A DNA stretch of 56,935 bases, filler included, from Sphacelaria rigidula (GCA_964200075.2; 8 parts of 8 records of this genome joined end to end with filler, not necessarily neighbours in it); one strand, 5' to 3'. Positions 23,940 to 36,829 are shown, counted from the first letter of the whole stretch. Made by a program: numbers and translations. Notes: generated from the sequence alone by a model not told the origin.

Positions 23940-24240
23940 CGCACGGCAGTGCACCCGCTGAACCTTCAGTAGGTGCTGCGCGTTTGAAACCACGATACAG
24001 GGCAGCTGCTTGCCCTGGGACAGCCGAGAAGCATGTGTCTGCCCGAGGGGACAGGCACGACAGTGCACCCGCCGAACGTGCAGTAGGTGCTGCGCGTTTG
24101 AAACAACGATACAGGGCAGATGCTTACCCTGTGAAAGCCAAGAAGCATGTGTCTGCCCGAGGGGATTGGTGCGATAGTGCAACCGCTGAACGTGCAGTCG
24201 GTAGGGCGCGTCTTCACCCACGATACAGGGCAGCTGTTTC
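23940..24240 (+). repeat. In-frame 114-bp (38-aa) tandem repeat, about 2.7 copies
   Basis: (c/t)agtgca(c/a)ccgc recurs at 23947, 24061 and 24175; unit HxSAPAExxVGAARLKxRYRAxAxPxxAxKHVSARGD. Confidence 0.9.
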
Positions 24241-26517
24241 CACTGTGCAGCGCGGGAAGGAGACACAGCTTGTGTCTATCAACGCGGGGAGGCATGAGTA
24301 CGCGCCCGCCGAAAGTACCACGGTAAGAATTGGTTTGGATGCTGCTGGTATTTCTGCTGGAGAAGGCGAATATGTCACGCCGCTCGAGCAGACTGCCGGC
24401 CGCTCAGCTGCTGCTGTTGCTGTTTAGGAGTGCGCTGAGAGAAAGGTGGCGGCTGTAGCGAGTATGGGTGATACTGCTGCTGCTGTTGGCGATAGTGAGA
24501 GGGCGGGGCCTACATGGGCCAATGAGCAAGTACTGGTTGGCGGAGGTCCCAGTTGCTTGTTGCCGCCGGACCAGCGCGAAGCTGGAGATACTCCTTGCAT
24601 ACTCGAAGCTGAAGGGGGGGGGTGTTATTCGCGTATTGCGAGCGAGCAGGGTGAGCAAGGAGCTTGCCGTGCTCATGGTGAATCTATCTGCGCCAGTGAC
24701 ATGGCGGGAGATCGTTCGGATGATTCACAGGGGTGTTTGCTTGAAGGACAGGTGGATGCCGGATTGGCGGAATTCCCGCCGGAGCAGCGCGTAGCTGTGG
24801 ACACGCCTTGCATGATCGAATCAACAGGGGCGTGTGACCCGCGTAAAGCGGGTACGCAGAGCGAGCTGCAGGTTCGTGATACTGTTCGCGATCACTATTC
24901 TGACGGCGACGACGAGCGTCGCGTGGTGTTGGGGTGGTCGTGTGCATTGCTGTTTACATAGACAGCTTTGGCGTGTTTGGCGGCGATGGCGGAGGTGTCT
25001 CCACTGTTTCGCCGCAGGGTGTTTGAGGAGGATAGTGTGCCATCAGGATGTGTTGCTGTTCGGGACTGTGTAGCTGTTCCCGTTTTGCCTCTGGTTTCCT
25101 CTGTATAATCGATTGAAGCACAGGTGTTCAGTACTGCCCAAGTATCTGTGGAGGCAGATGATCTGTCGCATTGGTTTGGCGGTGCGAATATACCTTTTAG
25201 AGGCGTGTTGAGCTTCACCATGGGGGTGCCAGGTGTAGCTAGACTGAAGATGCAAGGAGGGAGTGTCCGTGAGGAAAGGCTGCTCTACGCTGTGCACTGG
25301 GTGTGGTTCGAGTGCTGCTGTTTCTCAGGAGCGGGCTGGAAGACTACAAAGAAGGCATTACCTGAGGTGTTTGCTGTTGTGGTGAGCGCCGAGTGGGGTA
25401 CTGATGTTGAGGAGCAAGTGCTGTGGTGATTGAGTGCTTGTTGAGAATGAGGAAACACATTATGACTGGTATTCGCGAATCGTTTTGAGAATGATTTCAG
25501 CTTGTTATTGTGTGGTTTGTGGTCATGCTTGCGCATGAAACATGGTTGTTGAGCGAGTATGATCGTATCGCGTGTGCAGGGTAAAACTCTGGCGTACACG
25601 TGGGTATTTGGCATGTGTGTGTTGCACTGATCTGGTTGGCACGGATGATGCATGGTGTTTGCTGCGAGGAAGGTGGCATTGCATATGCTGAGTGAAATAT
25701 TGGCATGCTTGTGCGGATTTTCATATGCTGAGTGGAATTCTGGCAGGCATGTGCGAATGTTTGCTCGAATGGTACTGATATGAATGGTATCTGGTGACGA
25801 CCTAGGGTGGGGCAGTTTTCAATATACTGCTGTATGCTAAATGAAGTGAAGCTCGTATAATTTTGTTCGCGCAGGAACACAGTCGAATCATATTTGTGCG
25901 GTTTGCACGTACTGAGTGCAGGATATATGGATTGCTGCTATTAGCGTGAAAATGAGCTGAAAGGTACGAAATGCGTAGGTTCGTCGTATCTGAGCAGGTA
26001 TGACGCGAGTCCTTCCGTTGGTTGAAGATAAAGACATTATGCGCGCATGCATCAATGATCTTTGACCGTGGCATGTTTTTGTATGGATTGTCACGTGTTT
26101 GAACGAGTACGTGGTTGAGTGCATTTTGTATGTTGAGAAGAACCTTGTTTCGGATGAGAGAGGCGATGAGTCACGAATGCTCTGGAATTTGACGTTTGCT
26201 GACATTTCCGGTTTCGTGCCGATGAAGAGTCAAAAGACTTGTTTTGGGCGAAGATCTGAGACTTTGGTGCTAGCTATCGCTTTGTAACTCGAACTGGTGC
26301 AAGTAGCGTGATTGCATGTGCATGATGGACGATCTTTTCTTGGAATCTCTTGCGAGTTGTTCGAAAGTGGGGCAAGCTTGTATGGAGCTTTTGTCGAAAG
26401 CAGCGAAGAGATTCCATTTTTTTGCGGGAAACGACGGTACTATCAGGCACCAATGGTGTCTGAGTTTGTCAAGCTCTGCTGTAACTACTCGTTGGTAGTA
26501 GAGAGCTTTGGGGGTGC

Positions 26518-26780
26518 TGTAGACCTAGCCACCATTGTTACCCAAGGTCAGGGACATTGTAGGTGGAGTTGCGGGTCTGATTGCCGGACTTTGTGATGAT
26601 GACCTCCATGGCGAGTAGGCTTGGTTTTGTCACTCTGGTGGAGAGAGGCTATATGGTCCTGTTCTCCTGTACTATGCTGAGGGTTAATACATAAATAACT
26701 AAAGCTTCTGAAGTCCATGTATGTGCCCGTGATGGGAGGAGTCCACATGGCAATCTGATCTTGAGTGACAGAGGTCTACA
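26518..26780 (+). repeat. 3' LTR (263 bp)
   Basis: TGTAGACCT...AGGTCTACA, preceded by a purine-rich tract. Confidence 0.9.
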
Positions 26781-28419
26781 TTACTCAAGAATGAAGGAAG
26801 TATTCCTGCTCCGCCACAAGACCGAGACAACGGAAGCCCTTCACGCCTACAATATGCAAGTGGCAGCTGCCGGGGGCTACCGCATTGAAATTATCCGATG
26901 CGACAAAGGAGGAGAGAATACCGGGGAGGAGTTCCGCACCTACTGCAAGGACTCTGGAATCAAGATTGAGTACGCCGCCACCAATACCCCTCAACGAATC
27001 GGTGTGTCAGAGAGAGACGGTCAGACCCTGGCAGGGATCACAAGGTGTCCCTTATGAGATGGAGACTTTCCGCTGTTCACGTGGGGCGAACTGATGCTCA
27101 CTGCGGCATATATGGCCAACAGATCGCCGCACTCGGCGTTAGGGGAAGCTACGCCGTACTCGAGGATGTATAACAAGACGCCCGACCTCTCAAGACTTCG
27201 CGTTATCGGAGCCCGCGCATTTGTCCATCACGAGTGGTACAAGAAGAAGCTGAAAGACAGGGCTTTCGAGGGCAATCTCTGTGGATTCGGACTGGACAGC
27301 AAGACTTACCGCGTCTACAACCCATCCAACGCAACTGTGGTCGAGAGCCGAAATGTGACTTTCATCGAAACATCGGCTCGGACCGCCCCCTACCAATTCT
27401 CCGATGAAGACCATGGCTACAAAAGTGATGACCTGAGCTTCACTTCCTTGCTTGGGAACGACGGATCGACTGATGACTTTAGTGGATCGCACGTTGACAA
27501 GTTGGACTTCCAGACCCAGAACGAGCTTCTTCGACAGGAAATCAGCAGCATGCAACGAGACAACATCGGTCGGGAAGAGCTGCGCTTTGATGCAGCAAGC
27601 GATGCTGGATATGATGATCATTTCGCCTCCGACAGTGGCCAGAGTCCTTCGGATTCTCCATCTCCGGAACATGGATCAACGACGCCGGGATCATCAACGA
27701 CGCCGAACAGCACCGGAAACGCTACAACAGCTGGAGGGTCGCTGGGGTCATCGGCATGCGACGCTTTGAGGTGACTCGCGCTGCCACACGCAGGAATCCG
27801 ACTCACGACGATCCTGTCGACCTTGATCTTGTTCCAAGCTCTCTGGAAGTGAACATGAAGGACAGTGGCCGCTCCCACTTGGCCGACAGCCGGATTGATC
27901 CCACCGGCCTCACTTCTGCCCAGTTGGCGGAGATTGCCGAAGAAGCACACCGCCCGTGCCCTGGTGATGTCGAGGATTTCGCCCATTTTGATGAAGACCC
28001 TTTTCTGAATTCTCGGACTTACGTGTTCGCCACCAGCAGTACTCTGAAAGGACTCTTGGAGGAGAAAAAACAAGCGATCAAGATTCCCAGCACCTACGCC
28101 GAAGCCATGGACTCCCCTCAACACAAGGAATGGAAAGGCGCATGCGGGAAATAAATGGACAGCCTACAGAAACACCACGTCTACAACCGCGTTCCACTTA
28201 GTAGCGTGCCCAAGGGAGAAAAGATCCTTCCCACAAAGTTCGTCTTCAAGCAAAAGGTGGATGGTCGCTTCAAAGCACGCTTGGTCGTCGGTGGGCACCT
28301 GCAAGAAGCAGGACATGACTACGGGAGGAGTTACGCGCCAGTATGTCGTCTTGGGAGCATTCGTATGGTGCTGGCCATAGCCTGCGACAAAGGGTGGCCA
28401 GTTCATCAAATGGACGTGG
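26781..28419 (+). mobile_element. Ty1/Copia pol fragment (integrase core then start of reverse transcriptase), pseudogenised
   Basis: Integrase motifs YSRMKEVFLL...IRCDKGGE...TPQRIGVSER...NRSPHSAL...YRVYNP...ESRNVTFIE, then IPSTYAEAM...FKARLVVGGHLQ...YAPV...VHQMDV in Copia IN-RT order. Stops at 27055 and 28152 and a frameshift near 27750. Confidence 0.95.
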
Positions 28420-28519
28420 NNNNNNNNNNNNNNNNNNNNNNNNNNNNNNNNNNNNNNNNNNNNTTAATTAATTAANNNNNNNNNNNNNNNNNNNNNNNNN
28501 NNNNNNNNNNNNNNNNNNN
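28420..28519. other. Artificial contig-joining spacer
   Basis: N44-TTAATTAATTAA-N44. Confidence 0.98.
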
Positions 28520-29256
28520 CAACTCCTAATATCGCGCCGTGCGTCGCCTGAGCGAGATTCACACCTACTCTTGGCTGGCCCAGCTCGTACGCAAACGCCG
28601 TTCAAATATGTGACTCTGAACGGTCTCAAGAGTTTCTCGAAACACGCACTGATTGGATCGTTACAGAACGTCAGATGTTCACTTTTGTCGAGGAGGTGTT
28701 GGTGGTTCTTCACACTTCTAACATAGACAAACAGGATTACATTTGTCAAAACTTGTGTTGCGTACAGTATGGAATCTACTGTCTAGTGCAGTAGATGTAA
28801 TAGTCGATGCTGTGCGCGGTACACCTTGTGAAAATGTAATTTACTGTCATTCTCCAGGATGTTTTTTTTTTTGCGTGCTCGTCAGTCAAATACCCTTCGT
28901 GTACTGTTTCTCTTGTTTTTTCAGTCCCCAAAGGCTTTAACCCGTAGACCACGAGGGTAGTCCATCTAGATCATGCATACTTTTAAAAAGTGAAACTGAT
29001 GCTGTTCCAGCGGATGACCTGCCCTCGCCTTCTAAGGGTAACCTCATATCAAACGTCATCATTGCTCGAAAGTTCGGGAAAAAAATCATATACATATACG
29101 TATATATGTACCCGAAATTCCACGTCCGGGCTTATCTACCTGTCGAAGCCTCGACTTACGAACTTATTCTGTCGTGTATCCTCCCGCTCTTATTCCATTT
29201 GCGCGTACATTGGTATGGGTGGTGACGATCACGGGCGACGCTGACGTGTACGGCAG

Positions 29257-29391
29257 GTGAATCAAAATCCAGCGCGGGAGATCTATTACCACGTTACCTG
29301 CGCCACAGATACAGAGAACGTCAACTTTGTGTTCAACTCGTGCAAAGACGTTATCCTGAGGAGCAACCTGCAGGAGTCAGGCTTCGTGTGA
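29257..29391 (+). CDS. Last exon of a heterotrimeric G-protein alpha subunit
   Basis: ggcAG acceptor, then [47 protein letters not shown], with the G5 TCAT motif and alpha5 helix. Too short for the ORF track. Confidence 0.93.
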   Translation: MNQNPAREIYYHVTCATDTENVNFVFNSCKDVILRSNLQESGFV

Positions 29392-32300
29392 TGGGTGTGC
29401 GCAACGCAGAGAATAGCCTTTAGAGAAGTAAACACCCAATCATCATCATCCAGTCATTATCCATAATCGTACCCTGTATTCCTGCATTTGTTAGTTACCA
29501 CCGTCATTTTTTTTTCTTGTCATTTCTCGGCTTCGGGTCTTCGGAAAGCTGCGATACAGAGAGGAGGAGGGGGGAGTGGGGGGCGGGCGAGAGCAGGCGG
29601 AAGTCGTTCGCAGGTGCTGCGAAATGATATCCGAACCCATGATATGAACCAATATTCAGGGGAAGACAGGAGCACAGTCATGCCAGGCTTTCAGTGGGTG
29701 GAGGGCATTCATTTCGCTCCCTCCCCCCTACATGAAGTTTACTCTCGATATATGCTTGACTGTTGGAAATGTTTGCTGTTTTGTCTGTTTTATCTCCAAT
29801 ACTTCTGTCTTCCAACGTTTTGCTTCTCTCCAGTTTTTTTCTTTTCTTTTTCAGTTGTCGGATCTCCTGATGTGTGTCTTGTCTGGACATATGTTCCGGA
29901 AGTTATTGCATGTGTATAGTATTGTATAACCCCTTTTCATTTTTTTAGTTTTATCTTTTTGTCTTCTTTGCACGGTGTTTGTCGTAAAGTGTTTTTGTTT
30001 TTCTTTCGTTTTATCAACAAGAAACGTTTTTACGGCGTCTATTGTTCCTTTTCTCGATTTTTTTTTTTTCAAGTGAAAGGGGAAGGCACGACTCACGTTA
30101 GACTAAACAAGAATACATTTTTAAGTAGTGTATTACAGCTCTGTATCCTTTTATCATCAATTAACCGTTGGATTGTAACACTCAGCACGGTTGGTTTCTC
30201 CCGCATACGTAGGTAGGAATGCTGTTGCCTGGCCGGCGGTCCTCTGGATTAAACCTTGTACGTATTTGAGGAAACAGCGGGTGAGGGACGGTAGGGTAGG
30301 GGTAGGGGGGAGGTATGGAGAGGCGGGGGTAGGACGAGGGGGGAGGGAGGGAAGGTTGTTAGATTCATAGGCTTAACGGGATTGTGTCGAATGTTTTAAG
30401 GGTGAGTGGGTCCTACATTCGGGTATTTCGAAAAAATCGTATTTTAAGTACCCAAAACTCGGGTAGAGTAAATACCCTGATATTGGGTCAAGAATTTGCG
30501 ATCGTACCTATCTCTACCCAATATTTGGCTAGAGTTTGGAGATCAGACCATCGCAACACCAAAATTGGGAGAGTGAATACCCGGGTATTACCCTACCCAA
30601 CATACCCTTGGAATATTTCATGTCTGTGAATCCCCTGTATCAGGGACCCAGGAAAAAGTAGTATGTAAAAAACCATTTTTTGCGACTGCTGTTTTGTGCC
30701 TTGCCCGCCCACGAAAGAAGGCTGTGGAACGTGTAGTCGATGTTTCTCAGTATGTGGAATGTAGAGTGATGATTTCATCTGCGGGTATACGCGCCTCCCA
30801 GTATCATGACTTTTTCGCGAGTGAAATGTAAACTTCACTCGCATGTTAGTTTATTAAAATCAAGAGTCCGTGCGTGGAAGATGCGTGTTGTCTGCGAATG
30901 GATTCTCGTCTCGCTGTCAGTTTTTAATCCCTTGAGTGATAATAAAAATATTCAGGGTGCTGCAGTAGAAGAATTGGGCCGCGATACCTGTTCACAAGTC
31001 GGTCATCAGACGGATATTCATGATACACCGTAGACGTCATCACGGGGGTATGAACCACGGCATGTTTTGCGCTCAGATCGCTTGGGGAAAGAGAAGAGGA
31101 TAGGCTCGTGAATTCCGCCATGACATACCGTAGTGTCGTCACGACCATCACCCTGAGAAACATAATATGCCGATTCGCTTTTTTAGTAATTGAACCGACT
31201 TAACCTGCTATGCGGCTGTCGAGTTAGTTGTGTACAGCCAGGGGGAGGTCCGTGCCGAGCGTTGTGGTTGCGCCCACGGACGTGTTTGTACATGTCGGTG
31301 TCATAGGGAGTCTGAAGTTCGTTTTGGTTGACTGCGACCTCGTTTGTTATTCCGTCGGTATCATTCGAGCACCCTTCTTTTTGGATAGATGGACAGCGTT
31401 TTATTCTCTCCCCTTTTCCCATAATCTCTTCATCGGCGAGCTACCGGCGATTGCTTTACTGTTGCGCAAGGCATAATCTTGCAGCAGCAGTAGTTCATTA
31501 GTGCGGCATTTTTTTTTCATGTTGGTTGGGCATAAAGTTCGTCTCGTGTCCCCTATAGCTGCCGACACGTTTATATATATTTTGCGGAGGTGAGTCCACG
31601 GTGGATTCCGCATGTTGTTCGAGGATTTCTCTCGATGAGGACTCGACGTGTTTCTTCCGAAAAAATGTGTAATATGTGGTGTAATACCTATTTTTGCTGA
31701 CGGTCTCCGACCCTCACACACACGCATGTGTCGATTGATACTCCATGCACACGTCGTGTGTTGTCACACATCACATGAAAAATAGCCGGGGCAACTTTCA
31801 GGGAAAATCATCTCGAAATGCGAGGTGGAGAAGGGAAATGCCACTTGGAGGGTTCACAACACCTGCGTTGTTCAGCCGTCAACCGCCCGACCCTTGGTTG
31901 ACGCTGGAGGGACCGGCTCCTTTAGGGAAATTGGAGTTGCTTGTTTTTGATCGCAGACAACGCCTGCGTTGAATATGTCGTTGTCACGCATACTGTTGCT
32001 GCGCGTTATCGTTTGTCAGGTTTTATTATAGTAAGTAAGCACAATCTGTTGGTTATTAACTCCTGGTGATAATTAAGTCGGGGCGATACCCACCCTCACG
32101 AAGATTGCCGGAAAAGGTGTCAGTAGCACAAAACCGATTGTATTTCGTTTCCTGGCGGTGAACACAGTGTTTCAGTTTTGCTTTTCTTGGGCACGTCTAT
32201 CATGAGACCACGGCTGGACGCATGGGTGGTTGGGTAACGTGCGACAATCAATCAATCAATCAATCAATCAGTCGAACACAGGTGGACACTCTGCTACACC

Positions 32301-33495
32301 TTGTGAACACGTTGGGAATGTGGAGACCCTGGGACGACCTTGTGAACACCTGCCGACGGCTCAAAAGCCTCGAATGGACCTTCGGCAATGTGCACGGTTC
32401 CAGAGGGTTGTCCTCTCGACGCAGCACCTTGCGAGGGTGAACACCCTGATAAGGTCTGAGATATACACGCACACAATGTGCGAGATTATAGAGGGTTGCT
32501 CGACACAGCACCTTGTTGTGTGCGTAAAGATTATGACGGGGTCTGATTCATTGTGCCAATAACGGAACCCTCTGGATTGCATGTTTCTGAAATCTCATTC
32601 TTGCTACAGCATATATTTGGAAATTGTGCAGCGCGGGGGTTGTCCGGGGTAAATCCTCGTTTTTGCCAGGTATTTACACGTTACACGTGCCACAGCTCTA
32701 CACGTTATGTCCACGTTAAAATATTTTCACGTGGTGAACGTAACGTGAACGTAGTGAAAATTTCAAATGGAACATTGGCAAGTAGACGACAGAACGAAAT
32801 AGTGCGAAGAGCCGAAGCAGCATACCATGGTACATTGATGTTGCAGTGCGGATCATACCCGTTACGTGATGACCCCCCTCCCAAAAAAATTGTTTTGGTT
32901 GTTTTGGTGAGACGTAGCCGGGGGTGACACCATCGGTGCAAGGGAACCACGGGTTGGGCACCATGTCACGAATCACGTGGTGAATGTCTAGAGGTGAAGG
33001 GTGCCAGTTCGTGAGCACCCGGGCAGTCATCTCAAAGGACATGCAAGCACCAGGATCCGACCAAGCTCGATGATAATTGTGCGTGCGAGATGGTCAAGTA
33101 ATGTTCATGCAGTAACTCTCCACCTGCAGTGTGTCGAGCATGTGCTGGAGGTAACAGCTGCAGGCGATTCAGGCCTACTTTAGAACAAGACCACCGACAC
33201 CTCTGACATCGCAGTGCGTTATGACGTAGATGCTTCTTGTATTACCGGCGAACAGGCTAACTGCTGCTGTGCTAGTTGAGATCAGTCCTAAATGCTCTGT
33301 GGCACATGAGGGCAGACAGCCAAATTCTACCACACAATGTAGTATGACCCATCAGCTACCAAGCATGACAAAGAATGACACATGGAAACTAGTCGACTGG
33401 AGAATGACCAATAAACATGTGACACATAAATCAACTGAACACCAGGAACGTGAGCAGCAGCACCGGAAACAACAATAATCAGCACCGTCGTAGCA

Positions 33496-33560
33496 ACCCC
33501 CGTCATCGCAACAACAACCGCAACAACAGCAACAGCAATAGCAACAGCAGCAGCAACAAA
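33496..33560 (+). repeat. Imperfect (CAA/CAG)n microsatellite
   Basis: caacaacaaccgcaacaacagcaacagcaatagcaacagcagcagcaacaa. Confidence 0.8.
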
Positions 33561-33610
33561 TGGCCTGGATTCGTTTTTGACGTGCAACATTTGGGTGAGG
33601 TACAGCTGAC

Positions 33611-33978
33611 CGTCGAAATTTCATTTGTTTTGTCCAAAAGGCTCGGGATTCGCAACCGGTTTCGACCATGTGACCCTAACCTAGAAGTTTCTGCACGGCA
33701 GTGCAAGCATGATGGTGAGCAGTCCAAGAGAAAAACCACCGCCATTGATTGTGCGGCATCTTTTAAGCAACCCCTGCGTCTAAGCGCTACGGAACACGTA
33801 ACAAAGCATGCTGAAAACATACTTCTTTGGACTAGTCCTCAAGTTTTCGAGCGCCTCTTGTTGAGTATCTGAGAGAGCCTTCATACTGTTGCGCCGACGA
33901 CGACCGCCGTCAGCGAAACGATCCAATGCGGCGACAGACGCCAGCGATCTTTGAAACGCAGCATCATTCAGCAGTCTG
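33611..33978 (-). CDS. Two candidate exons (33823-33978 and about 33611-33680) of an unidentified gene
   Basis: ctcAG|...RLLNDAAFQRSLASVAALDRFADGGRRRRNSMKALSDTQQEALENLRTSPK-AA|GTATGT joins in phase 2 to ttctAG|G-LGSHGRNRLRIPSLLDKTNEIST|GTCAGC. No family recognised. Confidence 0.35.
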
Positions 33979-34629
33979 CTGAGATATACCAGCACACCAG
34001 AGTACAGTACCACTACAGTACAGTCGTTAGTTGGATAAAATGGATGCCCCACAATAAAGCCGCACACACACACAACAGGGATAAGGGTTAGTCCCACGCT
34101 CGGGGTTGTTTTGCCAGTAGTGCCCATGCGAGGCGCTTCATCTAGTCTGAACCAGCTTTCGCGCCTTGTATGGCCACTTCCGCCGTGGCTGTGTTGAGAA
34201 CCGGTTTCGCGGTGAGGCTGTCGAACAATACGACTGTAGTGCAACGCGCTTGCAAAGTCCGAGCCGTTTCTAGCAATTTAGAACCCGCATCAGCTGTGGT
34301 TTGAATATCCCTCCTGATGGTCCAGAACGGGGTCTGATCCAGCGACGGAAAAAGTGCTGGCACTCTCCCCGTCAGATAGGATTTGTTACAACCTCAAGGT
34401 TAGAATTAGATCCGAGGGGAAGTCCTGAAATAACGCATGGTTCTCTTGGAAATTAGTCGTTCATTGTAACGGGTATCAAGCGTTCAAGCAAAAAAAATCC
34501 ATTTTGAACAGGGAAAGATGTACTACGATACCTCTGAATACCATTCTACAGGTTTCATTCCGAGCGATGTTCCCCGTAATCAAGGAACACCCAAACCTAA
34601 CACGGAGTTCGACACGGCATTCGAAAAAA

Positions 34630-35085
34630 CTAATCAAGGCGTGGGCAGAGGCAAATGTAGAGACGTCAAAGCGGAAGGATAGCGGATCCAAAAAATTGCA
34701 GAGAGAATTCACCAGAGGTGAAGTAAAGAATTATGCAGCTAAAATCAAGAACAGAACAGCAGGGGCAGAAATAATAAGAAGTAGTGAATGCATTTTAAAA
34801 GTGCGGGGAAGAGGAGATGATTAACATGATGATTATGCTGTATCACTCGATCTGGAAAAACGAGTACACACTCAAGAGATGGAGAGAAGGAGTAGTTGTC
34901 AACCTTTTCAAAAAAAGAGACAGGACGGATCCAACAAGTTATAGAGGGATGACGCTACTGAGCACGATAGGGAAGACGTCCTGTAAGATTCTGAACGATA
35001 GAGTGCGGACGATGCTCGAAAACGAAGACGAAATCAGTGAGGGGCGACCAGGTTTCAGACCAAACCGTAGTTGCGTAGAACAATG
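34630..35085 (+). mobile_element. Decayed non-LTR (LINE) reverse-transcriptase fragment
   Basis: REFTRGEVK..., frameshift, then WREGVVVNLFKKRDRTDPTSYRGMTLLSTIGK..CKILNDR...ISEGRPGFRPNRSCVEQ, the region preceding the LINE RT core. Confidence 0.9.
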
Positions 35086-35548
35086 TTTTCGTGAGATTGA
35101 GAATCTACGATACGATAGAGAGCAGCCTTTTCATGGTTTTCAGCGGCCGGGTGTGTCTGCATCATTAATGGACAAAACGCTTACCTCGCACATTGGTGCA
35201 AAATCCTGCCGGCAAACCTAACAATGTTTCCGTGAAATCGAGCGATGAAAGTACGATTGAGAGTGAGGTTCTATTCATAACATGTCTCGCTGCGCTGGTT
35301 CCGATGATGAGACGAAAAGTTTACAGGTGTAGCATGTTGGAACATTCCATACCCTGGACAACAGAATACAATTGCAATAGAAAATAGATTCCATACTGTA
35401 CGCAGTACATTTTTCGATCGTGTATTCTATTGTCCAGGGTGTGGAACATTCCTGCCACCCGTTGCCTGAATGGAATGGCGGCAGAATAATGTTGGACAAT
35501 GTTACGCGCTGGCCCACAGGCGCGCATTTGCGGAAAAATGCACCGTTC

Positions 35549-35648
35549 NNNNNNNNNNNNNNNNNNNNNNNNNNNNNNNNNNNNNNNNNNNNTTAATTAA
35601 TTAANNNNNNNNNNNNNNNNNNNNNNNNNNNNNNNNNNNNNNNNNNNN
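35549..35648. other. Artificial contig-joining spacer
   Basis: N44-TTAATTAATTAA-N44. Confidence 0.98.
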
Positions 35649-36829
35649 GTGAGAAATGCCACTTCAACCCCATATTTTGTATGAACCCCAAAATTTAAAA
35701 TCGCCTGTTACATGTACCCAGTCGCTTCTGCTGCCGTTCATGTGTACGGGTAATACCACCCGTCGCAGGTCCAGATTTTCGTAACCCGACCATCTTGCAG
35801 CTGTGCTCGACAGCAGATTTCAGTACTGTGCGCAGTACACTTTTTTTTAAACTGAGCACAAGTATCTTCTCCACCTTGGTACATTGCCACATATGAAGTT
35901 GTGCAGTGGGACCGTGGCGTTGTCGTCAAAATATCGCCGAAGTGTAAGTGAGGAAATTATCATTATCAAATTATTCACGTGCAAAGCCGTTGCGGAGATA
36001 ATTCAAGTTGATAAGGCTAGAAGAATACCAGTGCAATGCCCACTCCGGCTGCCAGGCTGTTTGCACGGCCGGGTCGGTAGTGGTGGGACTGTCTGTACCG
36101 GGATGTCGCCTCCAGTACCAGGTACGCCGGCAAGGGCTCGTCGCGCAACCCACTGGTCGCGCGACAGGAGCTTAACCTTCGACTGTCGACCGTTTTGTAG
36201 CGGAAACGTTTACCTCCCAACCCTCATATATATAGCGGACCATAAACGATGCTTGTTTGCTAGGTTTCGTCGAGCACTCATCCCTAGCTGGGCAAAGAAT
36301 TATGCGAGGCCAGCGGGATCCATTGCACAGTCAGCGTGCTCAACTGTCACTGTACCCACTATAATCGTCATCAGACAGCAGGGTGTTAAAAAACGTTATC
36401 GCGCACCCTATGGTAATCCACCGTATGAATGCATACCGGGCCATCAGCGACTTCCCCTGCTGTAGCTGTGACAGCGACACCTTCCTCTGATACCAATCTA
36501 CACATCCTCCAAGTTTCGGCGTATTCTGACGCGGGTTGCGGATGCTCTTCACGCCTAAGCTGCCCAAACACCGCCCCCATATTATCGAAAAGGAACTGTA
36601 TCTGGAACGGTTTCAACGAGCACAGAGAGTCATCCCAAGGTGACAACATTCGCCTAGCTCTCTTTTTCGGGCGAAACACGATGGAGGAGGGTTAAGAATG
36701 CACTTTTTAACACGAATTATTCTTTGATACATGAAAAGTGTGTGTATTTTCACCTCTGGATAATATTTAGTGAAAAACGCGTGGCGGTGTCTTGTGCCTC
36801 CTTGCCCCACAGTGTGCGTATCTAGCGTT

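Larger units (their letters stand above)
22774..26780 (+). mobile_element. Non-autonomous LTR retroelement (about 4.0 kb) with decayed gag-like frame
   Basis: Direct repeats at 22774-23032 and 26518-26780 with TGTAGACCT...AGGTCTACA inverted ends. PPT-like AGAGAGCTTTGGGGGTGC before the right LTR. ORFs starting at 23477, 23717 and 24446 share one frame broken by stops. Confidence 0.85.

Noticed and set aside
26761..28419. LTR at 26518-26780 as the 5' LTR of an intact Copia
   Set aside because: There is no PBS, gag or protease between the LTR and the integrase, the LTR is preceded by a PPT, and pol has stops and a frameshift.
30278..30356. G-quadruplex-forming purine tract as a regulatory element
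   Set aside because: G/C runs are common throughout this sequence, and nothing indicates function here.
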